Below, in pieces: positions 45,965 through 57,830 of a stretch of DNA of 64,000 bases. How positions within the stretch are numbered: the stretch's first letter is position 1; each line of letters begins with the position of its first letter. The position numbers were made by a program, and so were the translations under genes. This DNA comes from Schizochytrium sp. TIO01 (lineage: Eukaryota; Protista; Bigyra: Labyrinthulomycetes). Under the pieces are notes generated by a model that was not told the origin of the DNA, did no database searches, and worked only from the letters and a program-made list of their open reading frames with translations. Location of the stretch: the NCBI GenBank assembly GCA_004764695.1, contig SMSO01000025.1, positions 186,001 through 250,000 on the forward strand, written 5' to 3'.

Positions 45965-48664
45965 TTAAAACAGAGTCACCAGTGCTCCGAACACAATGGT
46001 GAGTAGAAACGATCGAGCAGAATTGCTGTTTGCACCGCTCGGCTGACTTACGTAAGCCGCTGTCGGCGCGGTTGTTGGTGCAGTGTCTTGAAGTGTCGAA
46101 TCGTCTGTTGGGGCATCTGTGATAAGTGGCGTAGGTGCGGTTGTGGGAACCTGAGTTGGAGCACTTGTTGTAGGGGCTTCCGTGGGAGCTCGAGTTGGTG
46201 CATCCGCGGGAGCTTGAGTTGGTGCATCCGTGGGAGCTTGAGTTGGTGCATTAGTAGGTGCCTGAGTTGGAGCATCAGTAGGTACCTGAGTTGGTGCATC
46301 AGTAGGTGCCTGAGTTGGTGCATCAGTAGGTGCCTGAGTTGGTGCATCAGTAGGTGCCTGAGTTGGTGCATCAGTAGGTGCCTGAGTTGGAGCATCAGTG
46401 GGAGCTTGAGTTGGAGCCTGAGTCGGGGCATCAGTGGGAGCCTGAGTTGGAGCATCCGTGGGAGCCTGAGTTGGAGCATCAGTAGGTGCCTGAGTCGGTG
46501 CATCAGTGGGAGCCTGAGTCGGTGCATCAGTGGGAGCCTGAGTTGGAGCATCAGTGGGAGCCTGAGTTGGAGCATCAGTAGGTGCCTGAGTAGGAGCATC
46601 AGTAGGTGCCTGAGTTGGTGCCTGAGTTGGAGCATCAGTGGGAGCTTGAGTTGGAGCCTGAGTCGGGGCATCAGTGGGAGCCTGAGTTGGAGCATCCGTG
46701 GGAGCCTGAGTTGGAGCATCCGTGGGAGCCTGAGTTGGAGCATCAGTAGGTGCCTGAGTTGGAGCATCAGTGGGTGCCTGAGTTGGTGCATCAGTAGGTG
46801 CCTGAGTGGGAGCATCAGTGGGTGCCTGAGTTGGTGCATCAGTAGGTGCCTGAGTGGGGCATCAGTGGGAGCCTGAGTTGGAGCATCAGTGGGAGCCTGA
46901 GTTGGAGCATCAGTGGGAGCCTGAGTTGGAGCATCAGTGGGAGCCTGAGTTGGTGCATCAGTGGGTGCCTGAGTTGGTGCATCAGTAGGTGCCTGAGTTG
47001 GTGCATCAGTAGGTGCCTGAGTTGGAGCATCAGTGGGAGCTTGAGTTGGAGCCTGAGTCGGGGCATCAGTGGGAGCCTGAGTTGGAGCATCCGTGGGAGC
47101 CTGAGTTGGAGCATCCGTGGGAGCCTGAGTTGGAGCATCAGTAGGTGCCTGAGTTGGAGCATCAGTGGGTGCCTGAGTTGGTGCATCAGTAGGTGCCTGA
47201 GTGGGAGCATCAGTGGGTGCCTGAGTGGGAGCATCAGTGGGTGCCTGAGTTGGTGCATCAGTAGGTGCCTGAGTGGGAGCATCAGTGGGTGCCTGAGTTG
47301 GAGCATCCGTGGGAGCCTGAGTCGGTGCATCAGTGGGAGCTTGGGTTGGCGCATCAGTAGGTGCCTGAGTTGGCGCATCAGTAGGTGCCTGAGTTGGCGC
47401 ATCAGTAGGTGCCTGAGTTGGCGCATCAGTAGGTGCCTGAGTTGGAGCATCAGTAGGTGCCTGAGTTGGAGCATCAGTAGGTGCCTGAGTTGGAGCCACT
47501 GTTGGGGCTGGAGTATATTTGGCATCATAAATTGCGAGCTGCGATGTCATTCTTGATCCAGGAAGTGAGTTCGAGACAGAGTTCCGAATCCACTTCTCAT
47601 AGTATGAGATCTGAGTATATACTCTCATGCCAGAATTTTGAAGTTTACCCTGATCTGTAAGACCAACAATTAATGGTACCATTTGACCACTGATTTCAAC
47701 AGACACGTAAAGAGGGTTACCGTAAGTTGGATCAGTATCCTTAGGACCATTGACACAAAGAGCATTCGTTTCATTAAGAAACGAGGGTTTTGCTGAAGGC
47801 AACATCATTCGAACTCTTGCTGTTTCCTTTGAAGCACGAATCAAAGCCATTACTAATATCGGATTCAGCAACGACCACAGTACCTAGGCCATCTTCACTG
47901 CTGTAGTCCAACGCTTGTGCAACGGTTTTAGAATCATCTGACGTTGCCCATTTACCTCCAGCAAAGATTGCCACAGAGGGCATGTGCTCAACCTGTTTCT
48001 TAATTGTAATCAAGGCGATATCACTCTCAGCAAACGTGCAAGTCGAAGTGGGCGCAGAGTATTCGGGATGGCTCTGAATTGAACTGTTGCTACTATTAAA
48101 CGTAAAGTAGGTGGTATCTGTACTATCGTCTCCAGGGTTAGAGGTGTCGTGATTTGTTCTAGGGTGCCAAAAAAAATGGTGAAAATACTTCCACCAGTCG
48201 TTACTGGAGGAAGGAGATGATGAAGGGGCTACCGGAGATGAATCCCAGCTGGTGGTGGGAGATGACGAAGGGGCTACCGGAGATGAATCCCAGCTGGTGG
48301 TGGGAGACTCCGTAGTAGGCATGGGTTGGTTGGAAAGAGGGTGGCTGTTAGAGTTGTTGACGTAAACAACGATCTCGCTGGCATTAAAGCTATTTTTAGT
48401 CAACTCTGCGAGGCATGTAGTAGAACTCAAGATGAAGTGATAATCATCTTGAGAATAGATGTAAATACCAGCACATACTGTACTGGAATCTTCATTCGAG
48501 AGCTTGAACATCCATTCTGGAGGTGAGGTAGCAAAATCGCTGCTGGATCTTAGAGCGCGGTTATGATTGATCGAGACTGTATCATTAGCCTCGGCACGAG
48601 CGAGTACAACTGTGCTGAGCAGAAGCACAAGGATGGAGGGGTGTAACATTTTCAGAGTGTTCAT
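45965..48664 (-). CDS. Secreted trypsin-like pseudoprotease with Pro/Thr-rich mucin-like stalk and putative GPI signal (two 1-nt frameshifts at ~47790 and ~46858)
   Basis: Signal peptide ILVLLLSTVVLA. S1-fold motifs PEWMFKL..VCAG..ILSSTTCL, HPEY..SDIALI, LCV..YGNPL..IVGLTDQG..VYTQISYYEKWI. ~55 (APTDAPTQ) units. Corrected C-terminus ...PSGANSNSARSFLLTIVFGALVTLF*. Confidence 0.8.
46175..47500 (-). repeat. 24-bp coding minisatellite (GCTCCAACTCAGGCACCTACTGAT variants) encoding APTQAPTD
   Basis: Contiguous tandem units with third-position variation and no spacers. Confidence 0.95.
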
Positions 48665-51623
48665 CCTTGAGCTACCCTTGTTGTGCTGGGCGGAGACGAT
48701 ACGGGTTTGCTGAAGCTCTCGTCGAAGCGTCAGGTTGAAAGTTACTTACGGCTCTTTACATCTCTCTCTAAAACCCTCTCTACCTCTCTCTTTTACTCAT
48801 CAACACCATTTGGTACTTGAACAATCGTACCAAGGCCTACCTTACATGGAGCAACATGCCCTTTCTTTGATGAAGAGGTATGATCTTATGCGTATATGAA
48901 CTTATTTAAGCTCCTATACATCAATATCTGGAAGTTCACTTTGAGGCTGAAATATCTCCACAATCTAATTTGACATCTCTCGTGAGACAAACTCAAGGAG
49001 GATAATAATGTTACATCACCTCGCCCTCGCTAGGAGATGTACACCTTGTGAAGTTAGCTAGCTTCACAAACGCCACATTGAATTACTGGCTTTCAATATG
49101 TTGCTCGCTTCTAGTATTCTCTAGTGCCCTGTTGGCTTCATTTAGCATACTATGATTAAAAATTGATTTTGGAATGCCTGTGTGTGTCTGCTATCCTATG
49201 TGTGTCCGAAATACCCTTCTTGTCGGGAAGGGATTAGAGTCAGGATATTCTAACCTATCCTGCTGAATATTGTCATGGTGGAGTCCCTGGTGGCTACCGA
49301 TGCCTGTCGGTGCCTGCTGAAGTATCTCCGTCCCCCTAGCTTCAGCTCAATCTCAACCCAGACCTCTTCTCTTTGCTAAACTCCCATCTTCCAGAAAGCA
49401 TCACTGCCCACCCTCCATTTAAGAGGTTTGCTTTAGATTTACCAAACTCCATTTTCTTAAGGGAGGCCTCCTCAAAAAGCAAGCTTACCACCTGTTCTTA
49501 TGAACAACTACGCATTGCAGACTCGTTTGCAATATCTTTCTTCGCCCGTGGCACCTCTCCATCTCATCGTAGCGTGACATTGGAGTCTCCATGTCGGTTT
49601 TCACCAAAATCGACCGCCCCTGCTCCCTCTACGATTTCTGATAGATTAGTGTTAGGGACCGAAGCGTAATGTCCCCAGTGTTGGTCATTCAAAGCCGGTC
49701 AGAGATGAAGTAGTCTGGGCAGACTGGACGATGATTGCTGCAGTTCAGGGTGCTGGTACTAGTAAATTGGGTCCTTTGGAGGTACCAAGTGTAGTGAATC
49801 ATCTCCCATGGTGACTTTCTCGGACTTTAGGTCGTGCGATATGTCGCTGACGCGCGGGACTTTGCGTTGCCCTGACCTCTGAAGAGGGCTCGGGGCACTT
49901 GCATTTGCTCTCGAGGTTGCAGCGTCGGAAGTGCAAATTGTCGGAAGTGGCAAGATTCTTTCCCTGAGTCGGAAGCGAACAAATCGGCACAATCTTAGGA
50001 AGAAGTCTTTTGATAGGCAACATCCCCCCCGCTCGGCTCATGTATTCAAGAGCTTAAGAAGAATCTGAACGTTATTCGTATAGTGAACAACATAGAATCT
50101 ACAGAGGCGAGATTAAGCATTGACAGCAAGACTATTGTTGCTTCATACAATGCACGACATATTTCAACTGTTCTTAGATTTTCTCATGGCTTCTTGCATT
50201 GTTACATTGGTACTTCTTTTCTTTCATTCGAGAGCAATATGCAAACGAAAGTACCGCTTTAAGTATGTTTTCAAACCAAGCATCAACGCGGAGGAACGGA
50301 AGACCTTTTATTTAATTTTAAAAAAAGATAGGGAAGAGCACAATTATTCGATCCTAGATCACCACCTTCAAACAAATATTCCATGTCTCGGACTCGGGAG
50401 ATAACTAAAGACACCAGTGGCTGAAAGGCATATATAGCAAGTGCTTTAGGATACAGATCGGGTACCGAGGCGCGGAGGAGCAATTCAAGCAAACTTCAGA
50501 TGTTAATATATACCAACAGTGAAAAACACTGCTAAGATTTCTCCTAATCACATTAATGATGGGCGTACTGATTCTAGTCAAAGTGAGCAAAAAATGTCCC
50601 ATTCCCCAGCGGGGACAGAGGAGAAGCAGAGTCTGCAAAAAAAATTGAAATGATGTGTTCCAACTATGTGGAGATTGTTTCGAAATTGAAAAAAATCTAA
50701 CGTGCGGCAGTCAATTGATAACAACTTGAAGAGCTGGTGCTAAAATTCAACTTCCAGGGTTCAACACATTTGGATGCTTGGGATGAGCAGTGTGGATATT
50801 TCATCGTAACCATATAGAAACAGGTATTGTTGCTCGAAGAGAAGACGTGTATTTTTTAAGATATCATCTTCAAGATACCTTCGACCAAGATTGTCACAAA
50901 CTTTAATGCGCGGGAATCGCACGTCTTCGAATCAGGCTAGAATAAGACTTTAGTGATCTATGTAACTAGGCCTGACATGAAAATCATAATGTCCCCAAGA
51001 ACTTGCATGCTTCCAAATGGGACTTTTTAAAGTCACGGACGGGACTTTGGAATTAATTTTGATAAAACAAAACTCATTCGTCATATAAAAGTGGAATGTA
51101 ACGAGGAAAGTAAAAGAGTACCATAATTTCAGGCGTTCAAACATACTAAAGTAGAATGGATGGGAGTTGTTGAGGACGTCTTGCTCATCACATTTCAACG
51201 CAGCTGAAGTATTGTAGCTACTGGTCGCTTGGAGAGAGTAAAGGACGCGAAATGCAACTGGAAAGCTGAAGTATATCACACCTACTTACCTGCATAATAA
51301 TTATGGTTATAGGCATGGATCATAAACGTAAAAACTCAGATTCTGAATTTAGCTGCATGTTGCAAGCGAATAAAGTGCTGTTTGGATCATTTCACAACAA
51401 GAGGGAATAAAGATTAAGAGACTCAGCACAGTAATAAGTATGCATGTAAGAGCAAGAGCATCAAGAATTCAAACATAAGAGGGTGAATGCTTACTCACAA
51501 GTAGAAAAAAAAGAAAGAATCTGTCAACTTCTAAATTCAATTTTCTTTATGATATAAGTCTCTTTCTGCAAGACTTGCGCGGTGACGTAGTCGGTTATGC
51601 CAGTATCGAAATGATGCAACTGG

Positions 51624-53006
51624 TTAGGCATGTTCCCTCTCTGTCTTAATACCTGAGCTGGACTGTTCGCGTTCTTGTTCCTCTGGTGCCTGAATTCTAG
51701 CCTCCAACGAAACAATGTTCTGTTGACATTCTTTGATCTTTTCCGTCGTTTCAATCTTCTCATTGTTGGTAGAAATATATTGCTGAATCTGAAATTGAAG
51801 TTTTTCAATATCGCTCAACTTGACTTTAGCAGAGCTTTTACCATCATCAGACGTAAGACCTGTAAATTCTACATCTTGATCGGCGATATGGTCGTGCTTC
51901 TTAGAATGTGCAACATAAACTTTGCGATCGGGGAAGCCGTGTTTCTTCTTACTGCCATTTGTCATTTTGTGTGAGAGAACGAGCGTCAGATGCGAACCAA
52001 GATCCGCAATTGTATAGGTCCTTTGGCGTTTGTTTAACAAATCCAACAGTTCTTGCAATGCAAGAGGTGCCTCTTGCAGAGTACACATTATGCCAACATA
52101 AGCCTGTACTTGCGTACCTTGGGGCAAACAGTCGAGACGAAAGTCTCCTTTTTCACCACCCATGAGCTTGAGGTGCAAATTTTCACTTGTGACAATCTGA
52201 AAAAGTGCCACCCGTGACATCAGAAGCACGGAACTCTCATTGCTCACTTCAATTAAGGAGTTGAGAGCAACACTGTTTTCCCCGTCTTTGAACATTTTTA
52301 AAAGAGGAGACCCATTGAAGATAAAGAACCCCCGGTCCGTTACCTGATCCTGCTGAAAAATCTTCAATTTGCTAAAATTGTCTTCAGTATGAATCTTGGC
52401 CTTATCTTCATCGGCTCTCAATTTCTCCATACGCTTCATCTCTGTTGACAGCTGGGCATGTCTATTAGCCTTCCTGTTCGCCTCTTCTGTCCGCGCCTCG
52501 GCTGCCTCGATTCTCTTTTGCAGCTTTTTCACTTGTTTATCGCGTGACATTATTTTGTTTCTAAGCACCTCAGCAATCTTTCTATCCGATTCGAGGTCAG
52601 ACCTCATCTTCTGAAGAGATTCGCACGATTGTTGAGATTCTTTGATCTCAATATCATACATTGCTTTCCATGTCTTTATCTCCGCGTCCTTGGTCTGTAC
52701 CTTCTTGTTTAACTCTTCTATTTCTGCCTGCTTTTCTTGAACCATCATTTCCAAGACCCTTATCTTCGCGTCCTTGGATTGACCTTCTTCGTTGTGCAAG
52801 CCACCCAGCCCACTCGACTCGTCCGAAGGCTGGCTGCTGTCTCTATCATTAGTGATAAGTGAGCCAGTTTGGTCATTTGCAGAGTCGTCTTCACCGCTTG
52901 GCTGCTCCAGATTACTCTCCTCATCGTCCTGGTGCTGCCTTCTGCGAGGACCGCAGCGGGAATTGCTGCGCAGTGTCCTCCCGTTGCTCTCCCCTCGAGA
53001 TCCCAT
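51624..53006 (-). CDS. Hypothetical coiled-coil protein (460 aa)
   Basis: ATG ORF. Acidic disordered N-terminus, heptad-rich aa ~75-205, globular middle, C-terminal coiled coil. Confidence 0.75.
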   Translation of the reverse strand: MGSRGESNGRTLRSNSRCGPRRRQHQDDEESNLEQPSGEDDSANDQTGSLITNDRDSSQPSDESSGLGGLHNEEGQSKDAKIRVLEMMVQEKQAEIEELNKKVQTKDAEIKTWKAMYDIEIKESQQSCESLQKMRSDLESDRKIAEVLRNKIMSRDKQVKKLQKRIEAAEARTEEANRKANRHAQLSTEMKRMEKLRADEDKAKIHTEDNFSKLKIFQQDQVTDRGFFIFNGSPLLKMFKDGENSVALNSLIEVSNESSVLLMSRVALFQIVTSENLHLKLMGGEKGDFRLDCLPQGTQVQAYVGIMCTLQEAPLALQELLDLLNKRQRTYTIADLGSHLTLVLSHKMTNGSKKKHGFPDRKVYVAHSKKHDHIADQDVEFTGLTSDDGKSSAKVKLSDIEKLQFQIQQYISTNNEKIETTEKIKECQQNIVSLEARIQAPEEQEREQSSSGIKTEREHA

Positions 53007-53008
53007 GA

Positions 53009-53045
53009 TCTTCTTCTTCTTCTTCTTCTTCTTCTTCTTCTTCTT
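53009..53045. repeat. (TTC)n microsatellite immediately upstream of the 53006 ATG
   Basis: Read directly. Confidence 0.9.
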
Positions 53046-54593
53046 GAGAAGTGCGCACTGCTCTAGCTAAAACTAGCTCGGTTTGCTTTCGGTCTGCTTC
53101 CGAGGCGCGAAGTTTTGTTTTTGCGCAGCGGTCGGAGAAGTCTTCAACAGTTCAAGCAGGAGTGGTTATGGAGAAGTCTTCGACAGTTCAAGCAGGAGCG
53201 GTTACTGCATTACGCAATCTTAGTCATTCTTAGTCTACGTTTGCGCGACACCAGAGCGTTCCAAGCGCATGTTCCTTAAAGCTAACGTCGGCCTATGCCG
53301 CAATACCAGGTCGGCAGTTGCACGCCCCGCAATAGATGATTACCCTCAGTCAGTTGAAGCTAGCCAGCGGCTCCTTATCGGAAATGCTCCACAGACGCTC
53401 CAGGGCATTCCAGGATCCTCCCTGCCTTCTTCCTCGTGCTCTCTAGTCCTTTCCCGTCTCCCCCCAAGCTGCACTTCAGGTCGTCTTCGCCCCGCGCTTC
53501 GAAGCTTCAACCCGTCTCGATCAGTCAGTCTTCAAGCCCTTTCCCCCTGAAAGTTGTTTTTGAGAGCGCCCCTGCCTCCCACTGCAATCCCTCAGAGACA
53601 GTGTTCTGAAAGGGCGCTTCTAAAAGTTTTTCACAAAAACTTTACCCTTAGCGTACCCACCTAACCTATACCCTAGTCTTGCCCATGGTGGAAGCCCCAG
53701 TGTGGCGGCCCTGCCCAAAGCGCTGGCACTGCTCGAAGCGACTCAGACTTCGCGGAGACCATCGCGAACGTCGCGTCGCGAGGGTTTTCTCTGGGCGGCA
53801 CAAGTCGCCGCGTGCCCCAGTTGAGGGGTTTCGAACTTCGAATTCCTCGCCAGCAAGCAGCGGCCCGAGGCAGCTGGAAGAGGCACGCTGCGAAAAGGCG
53901 GCGGCGGCGAGGCTTTCGGGAGCGGGAACCGCCTCCTCGTGGCGCGCGACGAGAGGCGAGCGATTGCGGAGGCCAAGAAAAGGTCGCAGACTGCCTCGAA
54001 GCAGGGCGTTCGAAATTCGAACGGCACGGTCCAGAGCAGACGACCGGCGCGTCGAGAGGGGGCACCCTGCGAGACCGTCCATCCTTCACGCCGCGCTCCT
54101 GCAAAGAGGGAACTCGGGCTGCGGCCGTGGCGAAAGGCGCAGCGGAGCGACGGAAGACGAGGCGCGCTGCAGACCAAGCTTGGCAAACGGAGGAGAGGGA
54201 GGGAGGAAAGCAGGCGCTCTGGCAGACGAACTTGCGCGAGCAAGGACTAACTTACTCCGGGAAACCGGCAGCACGCCCTGCTAGAGGTCGAGCGTTGACG
54301 GGCTGCGAGAGCGGTGTGCAACCGCCGCGCCAGCTCAGCACGGACAGCGTAAGGACTGGAGAGGAATCCTAACTGTAGGCTACCTGTAGGACTTCCAGAG
54401 GCTGTAGGGGTCTGTCTGTGTGTCAGAGGGAGGTACCAGGTAGTAGTACAAGAAAGGAAGAAGTGAAATTGGCTCGAAACTGAAGCTTTCGGTCGCAGGA
54501 GCAAAACAGGATTCGAAGCGAAGACGGCAACGAGGCGAGAACAGAGGCTGGCTGCACGCACTTGAGGGAATACATTGGCAAGGCCTCTTGGAG

Positions 54594-57500
54594 ATGGGGA
54601 GACCCAGGCGGAAGAAAGCGGCTGATCGCTCCGAGCGCTTGAGCAGCTCGCCGTGCCGCGGAACCGAAGACGAGCCAGCTCGTTTTACTGACGCAGCGGT
54701 TGAGCAACTACAGGCGTTTCGAGAAGGCTGCGAGAGCTATTATGATGCCTTGTCAGATGTGTTACAGACGCTGAGTAGTATATTTGATAAGCCTTCATCG
54801 CTTGAGCTATGCCCGGATCCATGGTGCACGGACCGCGAGGCTGCCAAGCGTGCAAAGGAAACGTGGCTTGAGATCTTGCGTTTCATCGAGAGAGTGTGCC
54901 CATGCAACGATGACTTCTTAGCAATCAAGTTTCCAGTTTCCATAATTTTGCTCACAAAAGGAATTCGAAGCAACGGAGGAATCTATTCGATTAAGATTTC
55001 TGAGAAAGAAACAGACCAGACTTTCATCAGAGGCTTTAATAAAAGTATGCCCAAGCTCCCGGATGTACTACAAAAGCTCAAGAGTTTGCACAAAGATCTT
55101 TCAGAGCAACGCCTTGCACTTCTGAGCTCTCATTTTACGCAACAACAAGTCAACTTGATACCACCTGCCCCACAACATGTAGCGAAGTATTTTGAGACCT
55201 TTCAAATGACCCTGGAATCCCTGGACGAGGAGATGAGTAAATCCCATGGTGAACAACAAGATCGAAGATCATCATTTGAGACTAGCATGATCTTGGTTGA
55301 CTCCATTGCCGAACGTCATCCGCAAGAGTTTATGCAATACGCTGAAGCTTTTATCAAAAAGTCAAAACTCCATCAGAATGCTACCCCACAAATTGACTTG
55401 TCCAACGTTTGCCAGCAATCTGATACGAAAAGCGCAGTGTGTTGCAATGCAGAGGTCACAGATCAGCTCTTAGAAAAACGAAACTCTTTGCAGCCTTCAT
55501 CGAAAACCCTTTATCAGCCTCAGCATATTCTATCAAACAAAATCAGTAATGAGGACTCCAACAACCTCCACGTACACTTTGAAGCTGGAAAAGATTCCTG
55601 CAAAAAGTATGATTTGGTCTCCAGAGTTAAATATAAAGGTGAACTTCCGCAGAATGCATTTCACAGCGTAGAAACAAGTCAGAATGCTGCAAGTCAAGGT
55701 ATAACAAGTCAAGACGCCAAGACTTCTTGCAGCGATCCGAGCCTTTCACTGTTGACAGCAAATACATGTCGGGAGCACAATGATCAACTTGCAAATCAGA
55801 ATACCGAGTCTTTCCAAGCCGAATGTTGCACACAAGCTGTACTTCCCGTATTGTCTCAACCACAAGATAATTTGCAGCACACACCAGCTCTTGCCCTCAA
55901 GTCCTCAAACAAGATTTCAGCCGAGGTAGAAGCTGGGTCAAGTCTAGGCAGCAGTACTTCCACTTCTCATGTACAGAGGACCGAATCTCCTGTACAATCA
56001 AGTTTGGCACTAGAGACTCAAACAAGAAGATCAAACACGAAAGCTTCTAAAACGCTGGCTGGTGCTAACTCTGCGATATCAGTATCGTCGATTCAAACAA
56101 GGAGTAGATGCTTAAACGTGACTAAGCCCTCGGTACTTAAACGTGCTCTCACTGATCTAACCAACCGAGATAAGTCAGTGCCCCACCAACCTGTGCAGGG
56201 GAAGAATGTTTATAGGACAAGCCGGGAAAAGAGAGAAGTTGAAGAATCATCTCTGGAATCGAGGGATTTACAGACACATCAAGAATGCGGTGTTCCTCAA
56301 ATTCAACATCCAAGTAAAACTGCAAGGAATATTCTCCCTGCAGTAGAGGTTAAAGCTCAGGTGGCAATAGAGATGACTGCAAAAACTCAGGTGAAGAAGA
56401 AGATAATTGCCCCTTCAAAGGGCAAAAGAAAAAATTCTGGCCAAGTAACAGCAACAGCAGTAGCAGTAGAACAGGCTCAAGCTGACACGTCTGCATATAA
56501 TGTTGAAGAGAGCAGTGATATCTTACCAGACTTGGAAATTGAGAAATTTCAGACGACCTGTCTTGAAGAATCGCAAAGTAAAACGTCATGTCAACTTCTA
56601 GAGCAACAAGGGCAAGCGAAAACATCGCGTCCTAAAACAAGTGTGCGCACGAGGATAACCATGGAGAAAGAAACACTGGCAGCAGTATCTCAGGCAAGTA
56701 TGTTATCTTGTGATGTTGATTTCGAGGAGCATTGTAGTAGCACGCCAAACTCTGTAAGTATGAAATTGCGAAAGACCAATCTAGAGGTATCGCAGGATAG
56801 TACGTTGAATCAAGCTCAGGAGCAACAAAAACATACCAAAAAATCACCACCCCAAACAAGAATGCGTACGAGAGGAAGTAAAAAGAAAAGAGAGGCAACA
56901 ACCACAGCTGCGGCAATAGCTAAAGATGAGATATCAACCTGCGTTGACGAGGAACACAACCTTGGAGTATCAGACTCGGCAAATAAGAGATTGAAGTCAA
57001 CCAGTCTTGTGGCATCACAAGGCTCCGCGCCTGCACAGATCTTGGAGCAACAAGAGCCAACGAAGGAGCTGCCCCGTGAAACAAGACAGAGTACAATGGC
57101 AAACAAAAACAAAAAAAAATCGCCACCCCAAACAAGAATGCGTACGAGAGGAAGTAAAAAGAAAAGAGAGGCAACAACCACAGCTGCGGCAATAGCTAAA
57201 GATGAGATATCAACCTGCGTTGATGAGGAACACAACCTTGGAGTATCAGACTCGGCGACTAAGAGATTGAAGTCAACCAGTCTTGTGGCATCACAGGGCT
57301 CCGCGCCTGCACAAATCTTGGAGCAACAAGAGCCAACGAAGGAACCAACCCGTGAAACAAGACAGAGTACAAGGTCAAACAAGAGAGGGGCGACTACAGC
57401 AGCTAAAGGGAAAATTCTAGTGGCACGTGTTCATGAGGAGAGCGACAATAACGTCACAAACTCGGTACTTGAGAAACTACAGTTGGCCGGTCTTGAGGTA

Positions 57501-57830
57501 GCTCGAGATGACAAGCCAAATCATGTTCCAGAGCAACAAGAAAACATGAAAGCATCTCCTCCTCAAACAAGAATGCGCACAAGGGCAAACAAGAAGATGA
57601 AAGAGACAGCAACAGCAAAAGCAGCAACTAAAGACGGGCTATTAATCTGCACTGATGAGCTTGCCCATAAAGTCTCAGATTCGGCAACTGAGAAATCGCA
57701 GTCGATTGGTCTTGAGACAGCGCAAGGAGACAAGGCAAATCGGATTCCAACACAACAAGAACATACCAAACAGTTCCCTTATCACACAAGAATACGCACG
57801 AGGGCAAGTACAAGGAAAGCGCAGTCTTAA
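54594..57830 (+). CDS. Hypothetical protein (~1078 aa) with basic ~75-aa C-terminal repeats
   Basis: First ATG at 54594 (MGRPRRKK, NLS-like). Helical N-terminal ~270 aa, Ser/Thr/Gln-rich remainder, repeated EQQ..K..PPQTRMRTR. Confidence 0.78.
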   Translation: MGRPRRKKAADRSERLSSSPCRGTEDEPARFTDAAVEQLQAFREGCESYYDALSDVLQTLSSIFDKPSSLELCPDPWCTDREAAKRAKETWLEILRFIERVCPCNDDFLAIKFPVSIILLTKGIRSNGGIYSIKISEKETDQTFIRGFNKSMPKLPDVLQKLKSLHKDLSEQRLALLSSHFTQQQVNLIPPAPQHVAKYFETFQMTLESLDEEMSKSHGEQQDRRSSFETSMILVDSIAERHPQEFMQYAEAFIKKSKLHQNATPQIDLSNVCQQSDTKSAVCCNAEVTDQLLEKRNSLQPSSKTLYQPQHILSNKISNEDSNNLHVHFEAGKDSCKKYDLVSRVKYKGELPQNAFHSVETSQNAASQGITSQDAKTSCSDPSLSLLTANTCREHNDQLANQNTESFQAECCTQAVLPVLSQPQDNLQHTPALALKSSNKISAEVEAGSSLGSSTSTSHVQRTESPVQSSLALETQTRRSNTKASKTLAGANSAISVSSIQTRSRCLNVTKPSVLKRALTDLTNRDKSVPHQPVQGKNVYRTSREKREVEESSLESRDLQTHQECGVPQIQHPSKTARNILPAVEVKAQVAIEMTAKTQVKKKIIAPSKGKRKNSGQVTATAVAVEQAQADTSAYNVEESSDILPDLEIEKFQTTCLEESQSKTSCQLLEQQGQAKTSRPKTSVRTRITMEKETLAAVSQASMLSCDVDFEEHCSSTPNSVSMKLRKTNLEVSQDSTLNQAQEQQKHTKKSPPQTRMRTRGSKKKREATTTAAAIAKDEISTCVDEEHNLGVSDSANKRLKSTSLVASQGSAPAQILEQQEPTKELPRETRQSTMANKNKKKSPPQTRMRTRGSKKKREATTTAAAIAKDEISTCVDEEHNLGVSDSATKRLKSTSLVASQGSAPAQILEQQEPTKEPTRETRQSTRSNKRGATTAAKGKILVARVHEESDNNVTNSVLEKLQLAGLEVARDDKPNHVPEQQENMKASPPQTRMRTRANKKMKETATAKAATKDGLLICTDELAHKVSDSATEKSQSIGLETAQGDKANRIPTQQEHTKQFPYHTRIRTRASTRKAQS
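56838..57370 (+). repeat. Near-identical in-frame 276-bp direct repeat
   Basis: AAAAAATC(A/G)CCACCCCAAACAAGAATGCGTACGAGAGG at 56838 and 57114. Confidence 0.92.

Noticed and set aside
46048-46860. LRHLLMHQ / LRLPLMLQ repeat protein and the antisense SWSISG ORFs
   Set aside because: Alternative-frame readings of the same minisatellite, caused by a 1-nt deletion at ~46858.
46175-47500. CRISPR-like array of 24-bp repeats
   Set aside because: Repeats are contiguous with no unique spacers, vary at codon third positions, and encode APTDAPTQ within a secreted protein. No cas genes.
53666-54372. Six overlapping ORFs of 100-200 aa on both strands
   Set aside because: Expected from high GC; Arg/Ala/Ser-biased with no recognisable domain.
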